Source of the DNA: Bdellovibrionales bacterium
GTDB lineage: Bacteria; Bdellovibrionota; Bdellovibrionia; Bdellovibrionales; CAYMLA01
Length of the DNA stretch: 64,000 nucleotides
Direction: 5' to 3'
Assembly: GCA_965217115.1 (NCBI GenBank)
Contig: OZ244239.1
Coordinates: forward strand, 896,001 to 960,000
How positions within the stretch are numbered: the stretch's first letter is position 1; every line of letters starts with the position of its first letter. The notes beneath the pieces were generated by a model. The model was not told the origin of the DNA. It made no database searches and saw nothing but the letters and a program-made list of their open reading frames with translations. The position numbers and the translations under genes were made by a program. Shown in pieces: positions 8,223-17,914 of this stretch.

Positions 8223-10946
8223 ATGGGAAATCTAAATCGAGACGTGCTAGAATCTATCGTGAAACGAGTGCATTACCTAATGATACAAATGATTCATATT
8301 GCCAACCACCGTAAAGAAAAAGTCAAAGGGGACCCTAAAGTAGGAGGACACCCTGCCGCTTGCGCATCTGCCCTACACATTATGGGAGCTATTCACCTTA
8401 TTGCAAAATCAGGGTTTGATCACGTCGTTAACAAGCCCCACGCTTCTCCTGTAGATCATTCCTATAATTATTTGCTTCGTCAGTTTTTCCATGAAGATGG
8501 CACTGCTTTTTCAGACGAAGAAGCTAACAGAGTCATGCACTGCTTGCGTGCCTTTCCCCAAGAAAGCCAATCTCAAGCCCAACCCGTTTTTCAATCCTAT
8601 CACTCGGCCTACGACCCTGATTACCATGGATTCTTACCATCCGGGACTGTCGGCATTCCTCCCGTCAATGCTGGTTACTTAGCTCTTGCCTACCGCTATG
8701 CTGAAAAACATGGATACAAGGTTCCTGACGCTCATTTTTGGTGTCTTATGGGTGACTCTGAGTTCCGCGAGGGCTCTTTATTTGAAGCCATTCCTGAATT
8801 TGCAGAACGACAATTGGGTAACCTCACTTGGATTTTAGATTACAATCGTCAAAGTCTCGACGGGCATCGTATGAATAATAAAAATATCATGGATGGCACT
8901 GACGATATACGTATAGAGAGAACCATGGAAGCCAACGGCTGGAATGTTATTCAAATTCGTCATGGCGCTCTCCGTCAAAGTCTATTTAAAAAGAAAGGAG
9001 GAGAGACGTTTCAAAAATTGATTGAAGACACTCTCGAAGATTATGAATTACAAGCCATCCTTATGGTCAAAGATATAAAATCCTTAAAAAAAGGTCTCAT
9101 TCACTCACATCCTGATCTTAAGGACTTTCTTAAGAATGTGAGCGATAGAGAACTCTATGAGGGGTTTCGTGATTTCGGAGGGCATAACATTATCACTATT
9201 GCCGACGCCCTTGAAGAAAGTAAAAAAGATCCTTTAAAACCAACCATGATTATCTGTCATACCTTAAAAGGTTGGCAGATGGATGCTGCGGCTATGCCTG
9301 GAAACCACTCAAGCCTCCCCACTGCCAAAGAAGTGGACAAACTAAGGGAAGCCCAGGGGATTTCACAGGAACAACTGTTCTCTCATTTTGCAGATTTCAG
9401 TAAAGAAGATAAATTTCTTCGCCAACGTGGGACTTCTATTCTCAAAGAAGTTCAAAATGAGAAAAAACTCAAAGAAAGTAATATCTTATTTTTTAGAGAA
9501 ATAATGGAAAATTTCGGAAAGCTCCCTGACTCTCTTGATATTAATCTTAAGATGGCCAGTTACCCTCACACCCAATGGATGCTCGGACAACTCACTGCTA
9601 AACTCACTCGCATTGCCAACACCCCTCTGGATGAGACAAAACTACAGGAGAAACAAAAACCTCTTAGTGATTTCGAAAAATCATGGAAACTCCCCAGTGA
9701 AGTTCTTGTCTCCATGGCTCCAGATGTGGGCACCAGTACCAACCTCAACCCAGCAATGAACGGAAAAATATTTGGCGCTGAAATTTCCACCGACCATGAA
9801 GCTGAGATGAATGTAAAAGATAGAAATACACCTGATTTGGTTCAACACGAAAATAACTCCAGCCGTTACATTCGCTTTGAAATTGCTGAAGCCAACACCA
9901 TGTCCTGTGTCGGTTCTTTCGGGAAGATACGCGATATTCTTGGCATTCCTCTACTACCATTAATGACTGTTTACGATTTTTTTATTAAAAGAGCCTTAGA
10001 TCAATACTTTTACAATATGTATTGGAGATCTAGCTTTATCCTTGTTGGAACTCCATCAGGTGTCACCCTCTCCTCCGAAGGAGCACAACATGGTTGGAAA
10101 TCAGATATTCAAATTCCCAATCAAATCACATGGGAACCTGCCTTTTGTATCGAGCTTGATTGGATCCTCTGTGATGCAATTAAGCGGCACATGACCTTTA
10201 ACAACGAAGGACGTAATGGTGTCGTCATACGTGGGGTCACTCGGGGGATTGAACAAAAAAATCTCATAAAATATCTACGTCAACAAACCCGTTTCAAAAA
10301 TAATTGGGATGGAAGAGAAATCACTCACCATGATTTTCCCATGGACAACAGCACTGATGAATCCTCCCTCCCTTGCATTGACGACCTCTCTATCATGGAA
10401 CAATTAAGACAAGATGTCCTTGCTGGTGCCTATTACCTGATAGACTATCGCCACTACAGTAGCTATGACCCTGGAGACAATGTCATTAATATCTTTGTCA
10501 TGGGTTCTATGGTCACTGAAGGAGTTAAAGCCTCTGAATCTCTCTTGCAAAAAGGAATTTACGCCAATATTATCGTTGTTACTAGTTCGGACCTTCTCGT
10601 TGGCAACCTTGGCCACGACAATGATTACTCCCACCTTAAACACGGATTAAATATCAATGGGAATCTCCACCTAAACTCCGACAATGCCACGTCATCTGAA
10701 GAATTCCAAACAATGGCTGGACGGCGGGTCCCCGTCGTCAGCGTTCATGACGGTGAGCCTGGACTACTCGATAATATCGGTTCCATCTTAGGTGTTAAAC
10801 AACAAACTCTGGCTGTGCGCAAACACTCCCGCTGCGGACGACCTGATGATATCTATCAATACCACAGTATTAATCATCAAGCCATTGTTGAGGCTGTTGA
10901 AAAGGTTCTGTCTGAAACAGCGTTAGAAATGGTCTTGGCAAAATGA
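8223..10946 (+). CDS. aceE: Pyruvate dehydrogenase E1, homodimeric AceE/transketolase-like type
   Basis: KVGGH, PHASP, TPP motif GDSE...NRQSLDG, HTLKGW, EGAQH. Confidence 0.85.
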   Translation: MGNLNRDVLESIVKRVHYLMIQMIHIANHRKEKVKGDPKVGGHPAACASALHIMGAIHLIAKSGFDHVVNKPHASPVDHSYNYLLRQFFHEDGTAFSDEEANRVMHCLRAFPQESQSQAQPVFQSYHSAYDPDYHGFLPSGTVGIPPVNAGYLALAYRYAEKHGYKVPDAHFWCLMGDSEFREGSLFEAIPEFAERQLGNLTWILDYNRQSLDGHRMNNKNIMDGTDDIRIERTMEANGWNVIQIRHGALRQSLFKKKGGETFQKLIEDTLEDYELQAILMVKDIKSLKKGLIHSHPDLKDFLKNVSDRELYEGFRDFGGHNIITIADALEESKKDPLKPTMIICHTLKGWQMDAAAMPGNHSSLPTAKEVDKLREAQGISQEQLFSHFADFSKEDKFLRQRGTSILKEVQNEKKLKESNILFFREIMENFGKLPDSLDINLKMASYPHTQWMLGQLTAKLTRIANTPLDETKLQEKQKPLSDFEKSWKLPSEVLVSMAPDVGTSTNLNPAMNGKIFGAEISTDHEAEMNVKDRNTPDLVQHENNSSRYIRFEIAEANTMSCVGSFGKIRDILGIPLLPLMTVYDFFIKRALDQYFYNMYWRSSFILVGTPSGVTLSSEGAQHGWKSDIQIPNQITWEPAFCIELDWILCDAIKRHMTFNNEGRNGVVIRGVTRGIEQKNLIKYLRQQTRFKNNWDGREITHHDFPMDNSTDESSLPCIDDLSIMEQLRQDVLAGAYYLIDYRHYSSYDPGDNVINIFVMGSMVTEGVKASESLLQKGIYANIIVVTSSDLLVGNLGHDNDYSHLKHGLNINGNLHLNSDNATSSEEFQTMAGRRVPVVSVHDGEPGLLDNIGSILGVKQQTLAVRKHSRCGRPDDIYQYHSINHQAIVEAVEKVLSETALEMVLAK

Positions 10947-10998
10947 GCTATTTTTTTTAGTAGACACTTAAAAAATGACTTAGCTTATCCAAATTAGA

Positions 10999-11916
10999 TC
11001 AACTACTTACTTGATTTCGACCATTAGACTTAGACCTATACAAAGCTTCATCCGCCTTTTTAAATAATTCATCCCACGATAGAATCTCAGATGTTAAAGA
11101 ACACAGCCCTAAAGATATTTTAATGGCCATCGTCTTTCCATCAAATGTAAAAACATGGTTCTCAACTTTGGTACGAGCCCTTTCCGCAACTTCAAGAGCA
11201 TCGGTCTTAGAACTCCCTGCTAAGATCAATGTAAATTCCTCACCACCAAATCGCGCAAAGAAATCCCTGCTGCGAATGACACTGTTCTTTATGACCTGAC
11301 TTAGCTCTTTAATGACATAATCACCTGCAGAATGGCCATAGGTGTCGTTAACTTGTTTGAAATGATCAATATCAAAGATAATCACACTCAACTCTTCCTT
11401 TAAAAGCCTCGCCCTTTTAAAAGCCTCGGGACCTTTATAGACTAATGCTCTTTTATTATAAATACCTGTTAAAGAATCCATTTGGGCTTTTTCAAAATTC
11501 TCTTGATTACTCATCGCCTCTAAATTTCCAGGGGCTAAATACTTAAAAATAACATTTCCTGTTTGAATCTGATCATTATCACCTAACTCCACTGGAACCA
11601 TTGGCATCAAAATATTCCCATTAATCAATGTTTTATTCGTTGATCCCAGATCAATGACAGACACTCCCGTATTCGCCACCATTATCTTAGCATGAGCCTT
11701 GCTCACACTCCCTTCATCAATATGGATTTGTGCATTCACAGATCGTCCAATAACCAATTCAGAATCAATCAATTTCCACTGCTGTCCCATATACTTAGAC
11801 GGTCCAACCAACACCACAAAAAAAGGAGGCGTCTTTTCTGCTGCCTCTAATTTTTGATTAAACGTGTCACTGGGAGTAACACTGGTTTTTTCTTCATCAA
11901 CTTCTTTATTCGACAT
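10999..11916 (-). CDS. dgcB: FHA-GGDEF diguanylate cyclase, DgcB-like
   Basis: N-terminal EEKTSVTPSDTF tail; FHA (IGRS, SKAHA, DLGSTNKT); RSRD I-site; GGEEF. Start taken at the second Met. Confidence 0.85.
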   Translation of the reverse strand: MSNKEVDEEKTSVTPSDTFNQKLEAAEKTPPFFVVLVGPSKYMGQQWKLIDSELVIGRSVNAQIHIDEGSVSKAHAKIMVANTGVSVIDLGSTNKTLINGNILMPMVPVELGDNDQIQTGNVIFKYLAPGNLEAMSNQENFEKAQMDSLTGIYNKRALVYKGPEAFKRARLLKEELSVIIFDIDHFKQVNDTYGHSAGDYVIKELSQVIKNSVIRSRDFFARFGGEEFTLILAGSSKTDALEVAERARTKVENHVFTFDGKTMAIKISLGLCSLTSEILSWDELFKKADEALYRSKSNGRNQVSS

Positions 11917-12026
11917 TCTCGACCCCTGCATGTGTAAAACATCATAGACCTCTTACTCCGCACAAACAATTTAACTCTTATGTTTTATAGTCCTTTAATA
12001 TTTCTTCTACTAGCCATATGACCAGA

Positions 12027-13139
12027 TTAAGAAATATTCACATCTTCTTCTATACGATGGTACCCTCGCCACTCTTTCAAGCGGCCATAAGCCTGGCCTT
12101 CCTCATTATACTCAATCATCACATAAGTCAGTTTTGTTATCACTCCCAAAGAAGAAATGTCTAATGATGTCAATTCTGTCCAAGTTCCTGTATTGAAGTA
12201 CTCCCCCTTAGGCCATTGCCGATATTGATAAACATGGGTGTGCCCAAAAACAACAGTACTCACCCGATCATCTTCTAAAATTTTACGCGCAGCCACACTT
12301 AAATCAGGAAACACCGCACTCTCCAGCAAAACCCTTAGTATTCTTTGAATAGACCACACCTTTCCCGGCTCATTTTTAAATGGTGAACTCAAAAAATACC
12401 AGAGTAATTTCGAAAAAGTTACCAAAGCAAACCATGTTCTCTGGAACAACATCCAACGAATCATTCTATCAAAAGGACGAATTTTATCTATATGAGGGTA
12501 GTGTAGTTTGATGGTCATAACAAAATCGATAAAAAAATGAGAACCAAATGGTAAATTTAGTATTGGCTCTGGTAGATTTTTCTTTAAAAAAAACTTCCGT
12601 GGATCAAAACGATTTGCTGCCTCATGCATATGGCCATGTTCAATATGAACTCCATCAAAAGAATAAACTAAATTCTTATAACGGATTGCACAGCCTAAAA
12701 CTTTATTTAGATAAGCACGCACACCTGGCCACATAACTGCTTGATCATGGTTACCCACAATATATGTAATACTATTGCCTGGAGAAGAGACAAATTTACG
12801 CAAGGCTTCAAATGCCTTAACGTGTCCTGAAACAATGTTTTTTAACTTCTCAATAGAGACACTCTCCGTAATAACAGTCAGATAATGTCCTCTATAGTCT
12901 ACTTGTAAAAAATTAAGAAAATCTCCATTAATAATAAGTTCCAATTCACAATCAACATATTGACCCGTTGTGTAGTAATGGAGGAATTCTACAAACTTCT
13001 CTTCAAAATAAAATTCTTCTAACTGATTCACACTGCCGTTTTTAAGAACTCGCCCAGTTCCTAAGTGCAAATCACTAATAACTAATTTTATTTTATTTTT
13101 CCCTTGAGTTTCGTTTTTCTCTGCGAATTGTTCTACCAT
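12027..13139 (-). CDS. Calcineurin-like metallophosphoesterase
   Basis: SDLHLG, NGD, GNHD, HGH, GHTH motifs. Confidence 0.9.
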   Translation of the reverse strand: MVEQFAEKNETQGKNKIKLVISDLHLGTGRVLKNGSVNQLEEFYFEEKFVEFLHYYTTGQYVDCELELIINGDFLNFLQVDYRGHYLTVITESVSIEKLKNIVSGHVKAFEALRKFVSSPGNSITYIVGNHDQAVMWPGVRAYLNKVLGCAIRYKNLVYSFDGVHIEHGHMHEAANRFDPRKFFLKKNLPEPILNLPFGSHFFIDFVMTIKLHYPHIDKIRPFDRMIRWMLFQRTWFALVTFSKLLWYFLSSPFKNEPGKVWSIQRILRVLLESAVFPDLSVAARKILEDDRVSTVVFGHTHVYQYRQWPKGEYFNTGTWTELTSLDISSLGVITKLTYVMIEYNEEGQAYGRLKEWRGYHRIEEDVNIS

Positions 13140-13160
13140 GAAATTGTTTCCCAGAGTTAA

Positions 13161-14558
13161 TTATTTTGCAACTTTTTTAAATTCTAAAACTGCCCCTTCA
13201 TCAACTTCAAGATTTGTTAAAGCAAGTCTTAAGGCCTTCACCGTTCGGCGAAATTGTTCTTGATTTTTATCTATTTGCTTGTTTAATTCTTGGACCTTAT
13301 TTCTGTAGTTATTTGATTCGCCCAAAAGTTGATCCATTTTTCTTTTGAGTCCCATTAATGTTTCATCTTTTTGTCTAACAACAGCGTGATTCTCAAGTTT
13401 CATCAGTTCAATACGATTTTCAAGTTCCCTTTCACGCACTCTTATTTTCTTTAGGTCAGACGACAATCGACATTCTAGCTCTTCCACTTTGCTTTTCTTC
13501 TCTTCAATTTCTCTTGTCTTATGGTTCACTGCCTCTTTGAGAATTCCCATTTCAGCTGAAAATATTTCTTCTTGATTTCCTAAATACTGTTTTAATTTTT
13601 CTAACTCCCCCATTTTCTCATCGGAGTTTTTCCTAAAAGTTTCACCTGCTGCTGCAAGGTCTTCATTTTCTATGATTAATCTATCAGCTTCCTTCTCTAA
13701 CTCTATAATTTTTTGCTGAGCTGCTTTTAGATTTTCAGCTTGCACTAACCCGACTTCACCAGAAAACTTCTCTGTCTCCGAAGTACTCAAAGAATCTATA
13801 CCGTAGCTCACTTGTACCTGATCGTCGGAAGCTCCTCCTCCCACCGATTGCACAGCCACTTGAGTGCTCTCATCAGAATTTTCCTCTGTTTTTATTTTTT
13901 CAAAAGCAACAGGCTCTAACGTTGAAGACAATGGTGTTGCCTTTGTCTCATCTTCTTCTTCAACATCTAGGGAGTATAAATTCTCTTCCTGCTTATTTTG
14001 TAACGAAAAACCATCATCCTGTTCTACTTTTTCACAAATATGAACCTCTGTAGCCTCACTATCTACAGCCTCATTACCTACAACCTCATTACCTACAGCC
14101 TCATTATCTACAACCTCTTTGTCAGTGTGGTTTTCTCTAATTTGCTGGAACATGGTAGGTTCATCATTCTCAGCACCTTCAACAGCAGAAGCACTCTCTC
14201 CGAGATCAAGAACCCCAAACGGGTCTACATCAAGTGAATTTTCATTCATTTGGTTCTCATCACTATTTCCAGCACCTTCGACAGCAGAAGCATTCTCTCC
14301 GACATCAAGAACCCCAAACGGGTCTACATCAAGTGAATTTTCATTCGTTTGGTTCTCATCACTATTTCCAGCACCTTCGACAGCAGAAGCATTCTCTCCG
14401 ACATCAAGAACCCCAAACGGGTCTACATCAAGTGAATTTTCATTCATTTGGTTCTCATCACTATTTCCAGCACCTTCCGGCGAAATATCGTCCAAAAGAG
14501 ATTCCATGATTTCATCAGCTAAAAGCGATGTCTGTTCTAAATTATCCGTCTTTTTCAT
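13161..14558 (-). CDS. Hypothetical protein: acidic repetitive N-terminal region plus long C-terminal coiled coil
   Basis: 465-aa ORF co-oriented with its neighbours; 33-aa repeats; heptad-rich C-terminus. Confidence 0.85.
   Translation of the reverse strand: MKKTDNLEQTSLLADEIMESLLDDISPEGAGNSDENQMNENSLDVDPFGVLDVGENASAVEGAGNSDENQTNENSLDVDPFGVLDVGENASAVEGAGNSDENQMNENSLDVDPFGVLDLGESASAVEGAENDEPTMFQQIRENHTDKEVVDNEAVGNEVVGNEAVDSEATEVHICEKVEQDDGFSLQNKQEENLYSLDVEEEDETKATPLSSTLEPVAFEKIKTEENSDESTQVAVQSVGGGASDDQVQVSYGIDSLSTSETEKFSGEVGLVQAENLKAAQQKIIELEKEADRLIIENEDLAAAGETFRKNSDEKMGELEKLKQYLGNQEEIFSAEMGILKEAVNHKTREIEEKKSKVEELECRLSSDLKKIRVRERELENRIELMKLENHAVVRQKDETLMGLKRKMDQLLGESNNYRNKVQELNKQIDKNQEQFRRTVKALRLALTNLEVDEGAVLEFKKVAK
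14171..14477. repeat. In-frame 99-bp tandem repeat, ~3.1 copies
   Basis: cagcaccttc recurs at 14171, 14270, 14369 and 14468; units nearly identical. Confidence 0.97.
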
Positions 14559-14932
14559 ACCTTAACACTTATCGGGAATATTCTTAGAAAAATTAACCTT
14601 CATAGGACTAAACAGAAATGGGCTTTTAGCTGTCTCAAATCAAGACACTCAATGGGATTTTGACAAAAAAGGACCTTTTCCTAGCTTTTTGAGCTTGTCT
14701 GTAAGAGCCAAAGGACTTTTGAGAATACAAAAAAGCCCCTCATTTTCCGATGGCCTTCTAACTGGTTTTTTTGTTGGTTGGCCAAACCTGTCAGAGAGAA
14801 GACAATGTATCTTCCTGTTATCGAGAGTTGATATAAGAGATAACTTAGTTTTAATAAAATTGACCAGGTTTATATTGCAAACATTGAAGATTAACAGTTC
14901 TTAATAATGATATGTAAGCAGGAGACAGATCA

Positions 14933-15304
14933 ATGATTCGAGGAATTCACGATTTTTACTATAACGTAAAAAATATGGAAAAAGCGGTTCAATTCTATAC
15001 TGAGACATTAAATATGAAAGTCACTCATGGGTCAGAACACTGGACAAGTCTTGACTGTGAAGGTGTCATGATAGGTCTACACTGGAGTGGGGGCAATGAT
15101 ATCCCATCTTTTCCAAGAGATTCTCATGGTGCTCATTGTGGTGGGACTTTGACTTTAGTTAGCGATAATATACCTGAAGATCGAAAAATTTTAGAAGCAG
15201 CAGGTTCTAAAATTTTAGGTGAAATGGATGAACTCTGGGGACATATGCTGATTTTTGAAGATATAGATGGCAATGTTCTTAAACTTCAAAACGCGAAGTA
15301 TTGA
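14933..15304 (+). CDS. VOC/glyoxalase family protein
   Basis: VKNMEKAVQFYTETL ... FEDIDGNVLKL; RBS GGAG. Confidence 0.9.
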   Translation: MIRGIHDFYYNVKNMEKAVQFYTETLNMKVTHGSEHWTSLDCEGVMIGLHWSGGNDIPSFPRDSHGAHCGGTLTLVSDNIPEDRKILEAAGSKILGEMDELWGHMLIFEDIDGNVLKLQNAKY

Positions 15305-15441
15305 GGAGCATATTTGAGCCAATTTAATTTACAGACTAATGGGGGAACCGCCCCCCTAACTCAAGTGAATGAGCCTGTTTTTTAAACCTAACCTCTTTGA
15401 CTAAGCCCTTAGTTTTTAATAAAAGGACACGCATCAATTTA

Positions 15442-16200
15442 TTAAAAATGATAAATTAGATTAATAGCATTTTTCCTATGTTTTACCTTTGCACCATTTC
15501 TGTTAAGGCTTCTAAAAGCATCTGCTTGAAATTCATGTCTAGAATAAACAAACTCTAAACTAAAACCATTATGAAAATTTAAGCCTGCTTTTAGTGCCCT
15601 GTAGCTTCCATCAACATCTGTCTCTCCTTTTGTTCCATATTCTGGATCACCTGGAACTCCGCTGTAGTAACTTTTCGTCCACTTACCCTTTGTTTTTGCA
15701 TAACCAGCTCCAACATAAGGGCTCACACCTCTTACTGCAGTAAATATATATAATCCACCAAAATAAATATCGATTGTCTCTACCTCAGATGAAGGTGAAT
15801 CAACAACGATATCTACTGGGCCGGTCGCAGTGTTTTGTGTAAACGCAGAACCGTCATCATGTTTCAAAGCAATCTCTTGTCTTGGAGACTTTATTCTTGT
15901 TTTATAAATTCCAACTTCATATCCCCAACCTGTTTCTGGAATATATCTTAGATTATAACCAAAAGACGTACTTCTCTCAATGAGTGCATCTAATATATTT
16001 GCATTTTCCTCTGTTATATCCTCTGGATTAGTGCCTATAAAGTGTCCATAATCCAAATGCTTACCTGTTATATCACTCGTTGAATCTCCCACACTGCTGC
16101 TAACAAGAAACCCATGTTTAAAGATTTCTTCAGCTTTTGCTTCCTGATTGTGTGTCACTGCTAAGATCATCGTCGCGAGAATAATTATATATGTGTGCAT
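15442..16200 (-). CDS. Outer-membrane beta-barrel protein
   Basis: Signal peptide (AKA), SPYVGAGY strand, terminal YHF; RBS AAGGAG. Confidence 0.75.
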   Translation of the reverse strand: MHTYIIILATMILAVTHNQEAKAEEIFKHGFLVSSSVGDSTSDITGKHLDYGHFIGTNPEDITEENANILDALIERSTSFGYNLRYIPETGWGYEVGIYKTRIKSPRQEIALKHDDGSAFTQNTATGPVDIVVDSPSSEVETIDIYFGGLYIFTAVRGVSPYVGAGYAKTKGKWTKSYYSGVPGDPEYGTKGETDVDGSYRALKAGLNFHNGFSLEFVYSRHEFQADAFRSLNRNGAKVKHRKNAINLIYHF

Positions 16201-16412
16201 AACGGCCTCTCCTTCATTGGTCTCGTTCTATCTCTTTAGGAGAAGAAACTCTTAAAGAGCGATCAAACATTATTAGTTTAAACAAACCTGTCTAAGCTAG
16301 CTAAAAGGTTTTCACCCTCTCTTTTAACACAGAGCATCAAAAGATGCCACCTTTTTCCGCTCTTGAGAACTTTTTACAAAAAAGGGTTTTATGACTTATA
16401 CTCGGGGGCTTA

Positions 16413-17483
16413 TCAGATCAAGAGCTCTGGACGTCCTTCATATTTAGACGTCAATTGACCACAGGCTGCATAAATATCTCTACCCATGGTTTTACGTAAA
16501 AGAACATGAACTCCATTGTCCATTAATTCCTCGCGAAAGCGTTCCACCTGCCCATTGCTCGGTCGAACATAATCAGCATCCTCATGCTCATTAAAGGGAA
16601 TTATGTTCACCTTGCAGGGAATTGATTTAGCTATTTCAGCTAAACGTCTAGCGTCAGCAAGAGAGTCTGTCACTCCTTTAAGTAATACATACTCAACAGT
16701 CACCTTGTCCTTTGTGATTCTTGCGTGTTTTCGACAGGCCTCTAACAATTGTTCAATGGAGTGCTTTTTATTGATCGGCATAATCTCAGAACGAACGGCG
16801 TTGGAGCTACCATTGAGTGAAACAGCCAAACGCACTCTGGCTTGAGTGACCAATGGAATTTGCTCCACCAGACCAGAAGTTGATACTGTGATCTTCTTTC
16901 TTGATATATTCATCCCCCAAGGAGAGTGTAAAACTTCAATCGCTTTAAATACAGCTTCGGGATTATCAAGTGGCTCCCCCATTCCCATAAAAACAATATT
17001 CGTAATACGCTGACCCTCTTCTATAAGATTAGAAGCCCCAACAAACTGCCCGACAATTTCTCTGGCACTTAACCGTTTCTTTAGTTTTCTTTTGCCCGTA
17101 AAACAAAACTTACAACCAAGATTACAACCAACCTCCGATGACACACACAAAGTCAAACGCCCATCAGAAGGAATTAAAACAGCCTCGACCGTCATTGCTA
17201 CTTGACGATCATCAATCACTTCGCTGACATCAAAAAGAAACTTCTGTGTCCCATCCACACTGATTTTATGTTCCACAACTTTAGGCAAAGAAAAATTTAG
17301 CAACTGAGGCAACTCTTCGCGAAATTTTTTTGAAAGGTTCGTCATTTGCTCAACGTCAGTCACTCCTTTTTCATAAACCCATTTAAAAATCTGCTGAGCA
17401 CGAAACTTGGCCTTACCCAAAATCTCCAATCGACTTTGTAAATCATCCAAACTCAAATCATAAAAATAACTCTTTTCCTTCAA
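16413..17483 (-). CDS. rlmN: 23S rRNA m2A2503 / tRNA methyltransferase RlmN
   Basis: CNLGCKFC radical-SAM motif, FMGMGEP, AACGQL. Confidence 0.97.
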   Translation of the reverse strand: MKEKSYFYDLSLDDLQSRLEILGKAKFRAQQIFKWVYEKGVTDVEQMTNLSKKFREELPQLLNFSLPKVVEHKISVDGTQKFLFDVSEVIDDRQVAMTVEAVLIPSDGRLTLCVSSEVGCNLGCKFCFTGKRKLKKRLSAREIVGQFVGASNLIEEGQRITNIVFMGMGEPLDNPEAVFKAIEVLHSPWGMNISRKKITVSTSGLVEQIPLVTQARVRLAVSLNGSSNAVRSEIMPINKKHSIEQLLEACRKHARITKDKVTVEYVLLKGVTDSLADARRLAEIAKSIPCKVNIIPFNEHEDADYVRPSNGQVERFREELMDNGVHVLLRKTMGRDIYAACGQLTSKYEGRPELLI

Positions 17484-17648
17484 TCAGCCCTCCACCAAAG
17501 CCCTCTCCTTCTACCACAAACACCAAAATATCTCACCAAAACCCCCTTTAATAATCCATTCTAATCATTTTTTAAGAATTTATTTCACACCCCCCTCCGT
17601 TATTCCCTCCGTTATTCCCCCCGTTGTTCCCAGTCCCCGCAAGTTTTC

Positions 17649-17775
17649 AAATAAATGGTTCAAAGGGTCTTTCATCTTCAAGCGAGTTCGGATTGGTGCG
17701 CCGCTCGCAAAGCGAGCCGCGCTGCCGAACGAATGTCTGAGCTTGAAGATGGAAGACCCTTTGAACCATTTATTT
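17649..17775. repeat. Nested palindromic element, copy 1 (127 nt, 35-bp arms)
   Basis: Arms 17649-17683 and 17741-17775 pair with a single G-T; inner stems gttcgg/ccgaac and gctcgc-aaa-gcgagc. Confidence 0.97.
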
Positions 17776-17839
17776 CAGACCCAGCTCCCCAAAACCCATG
17801 TTATAGAGAACCATCTTATACAATTCTACTGGGAGAAAT

Positions 17840-17914
17840 AAAGCCCTAGGTAAATAATCAGCCTCTAGCCGACAAGGCTAAGATTTGACGACGTACAAAA
17901 TAAATTATTCCATT
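17840..17914 (+). repeat. 75-bp direct repeat, copy A
   Basis: aaagccctaggtaaataatc...aaattattccatt; 74/75 identical to 19831-19905. Confidence 0.97.

Noticed and set aside
14119..14565. Antisense repeat-containing ORFs (148 and 91 aa)
   Set aside because: Open only because the 99-bp repeat lacks stops in those frames
17649..17775. Retron msr-msd or tRNA
   Set aside because: No reverse transcriptase nearby; no cloverleaf, T-loop consensus or CCA end
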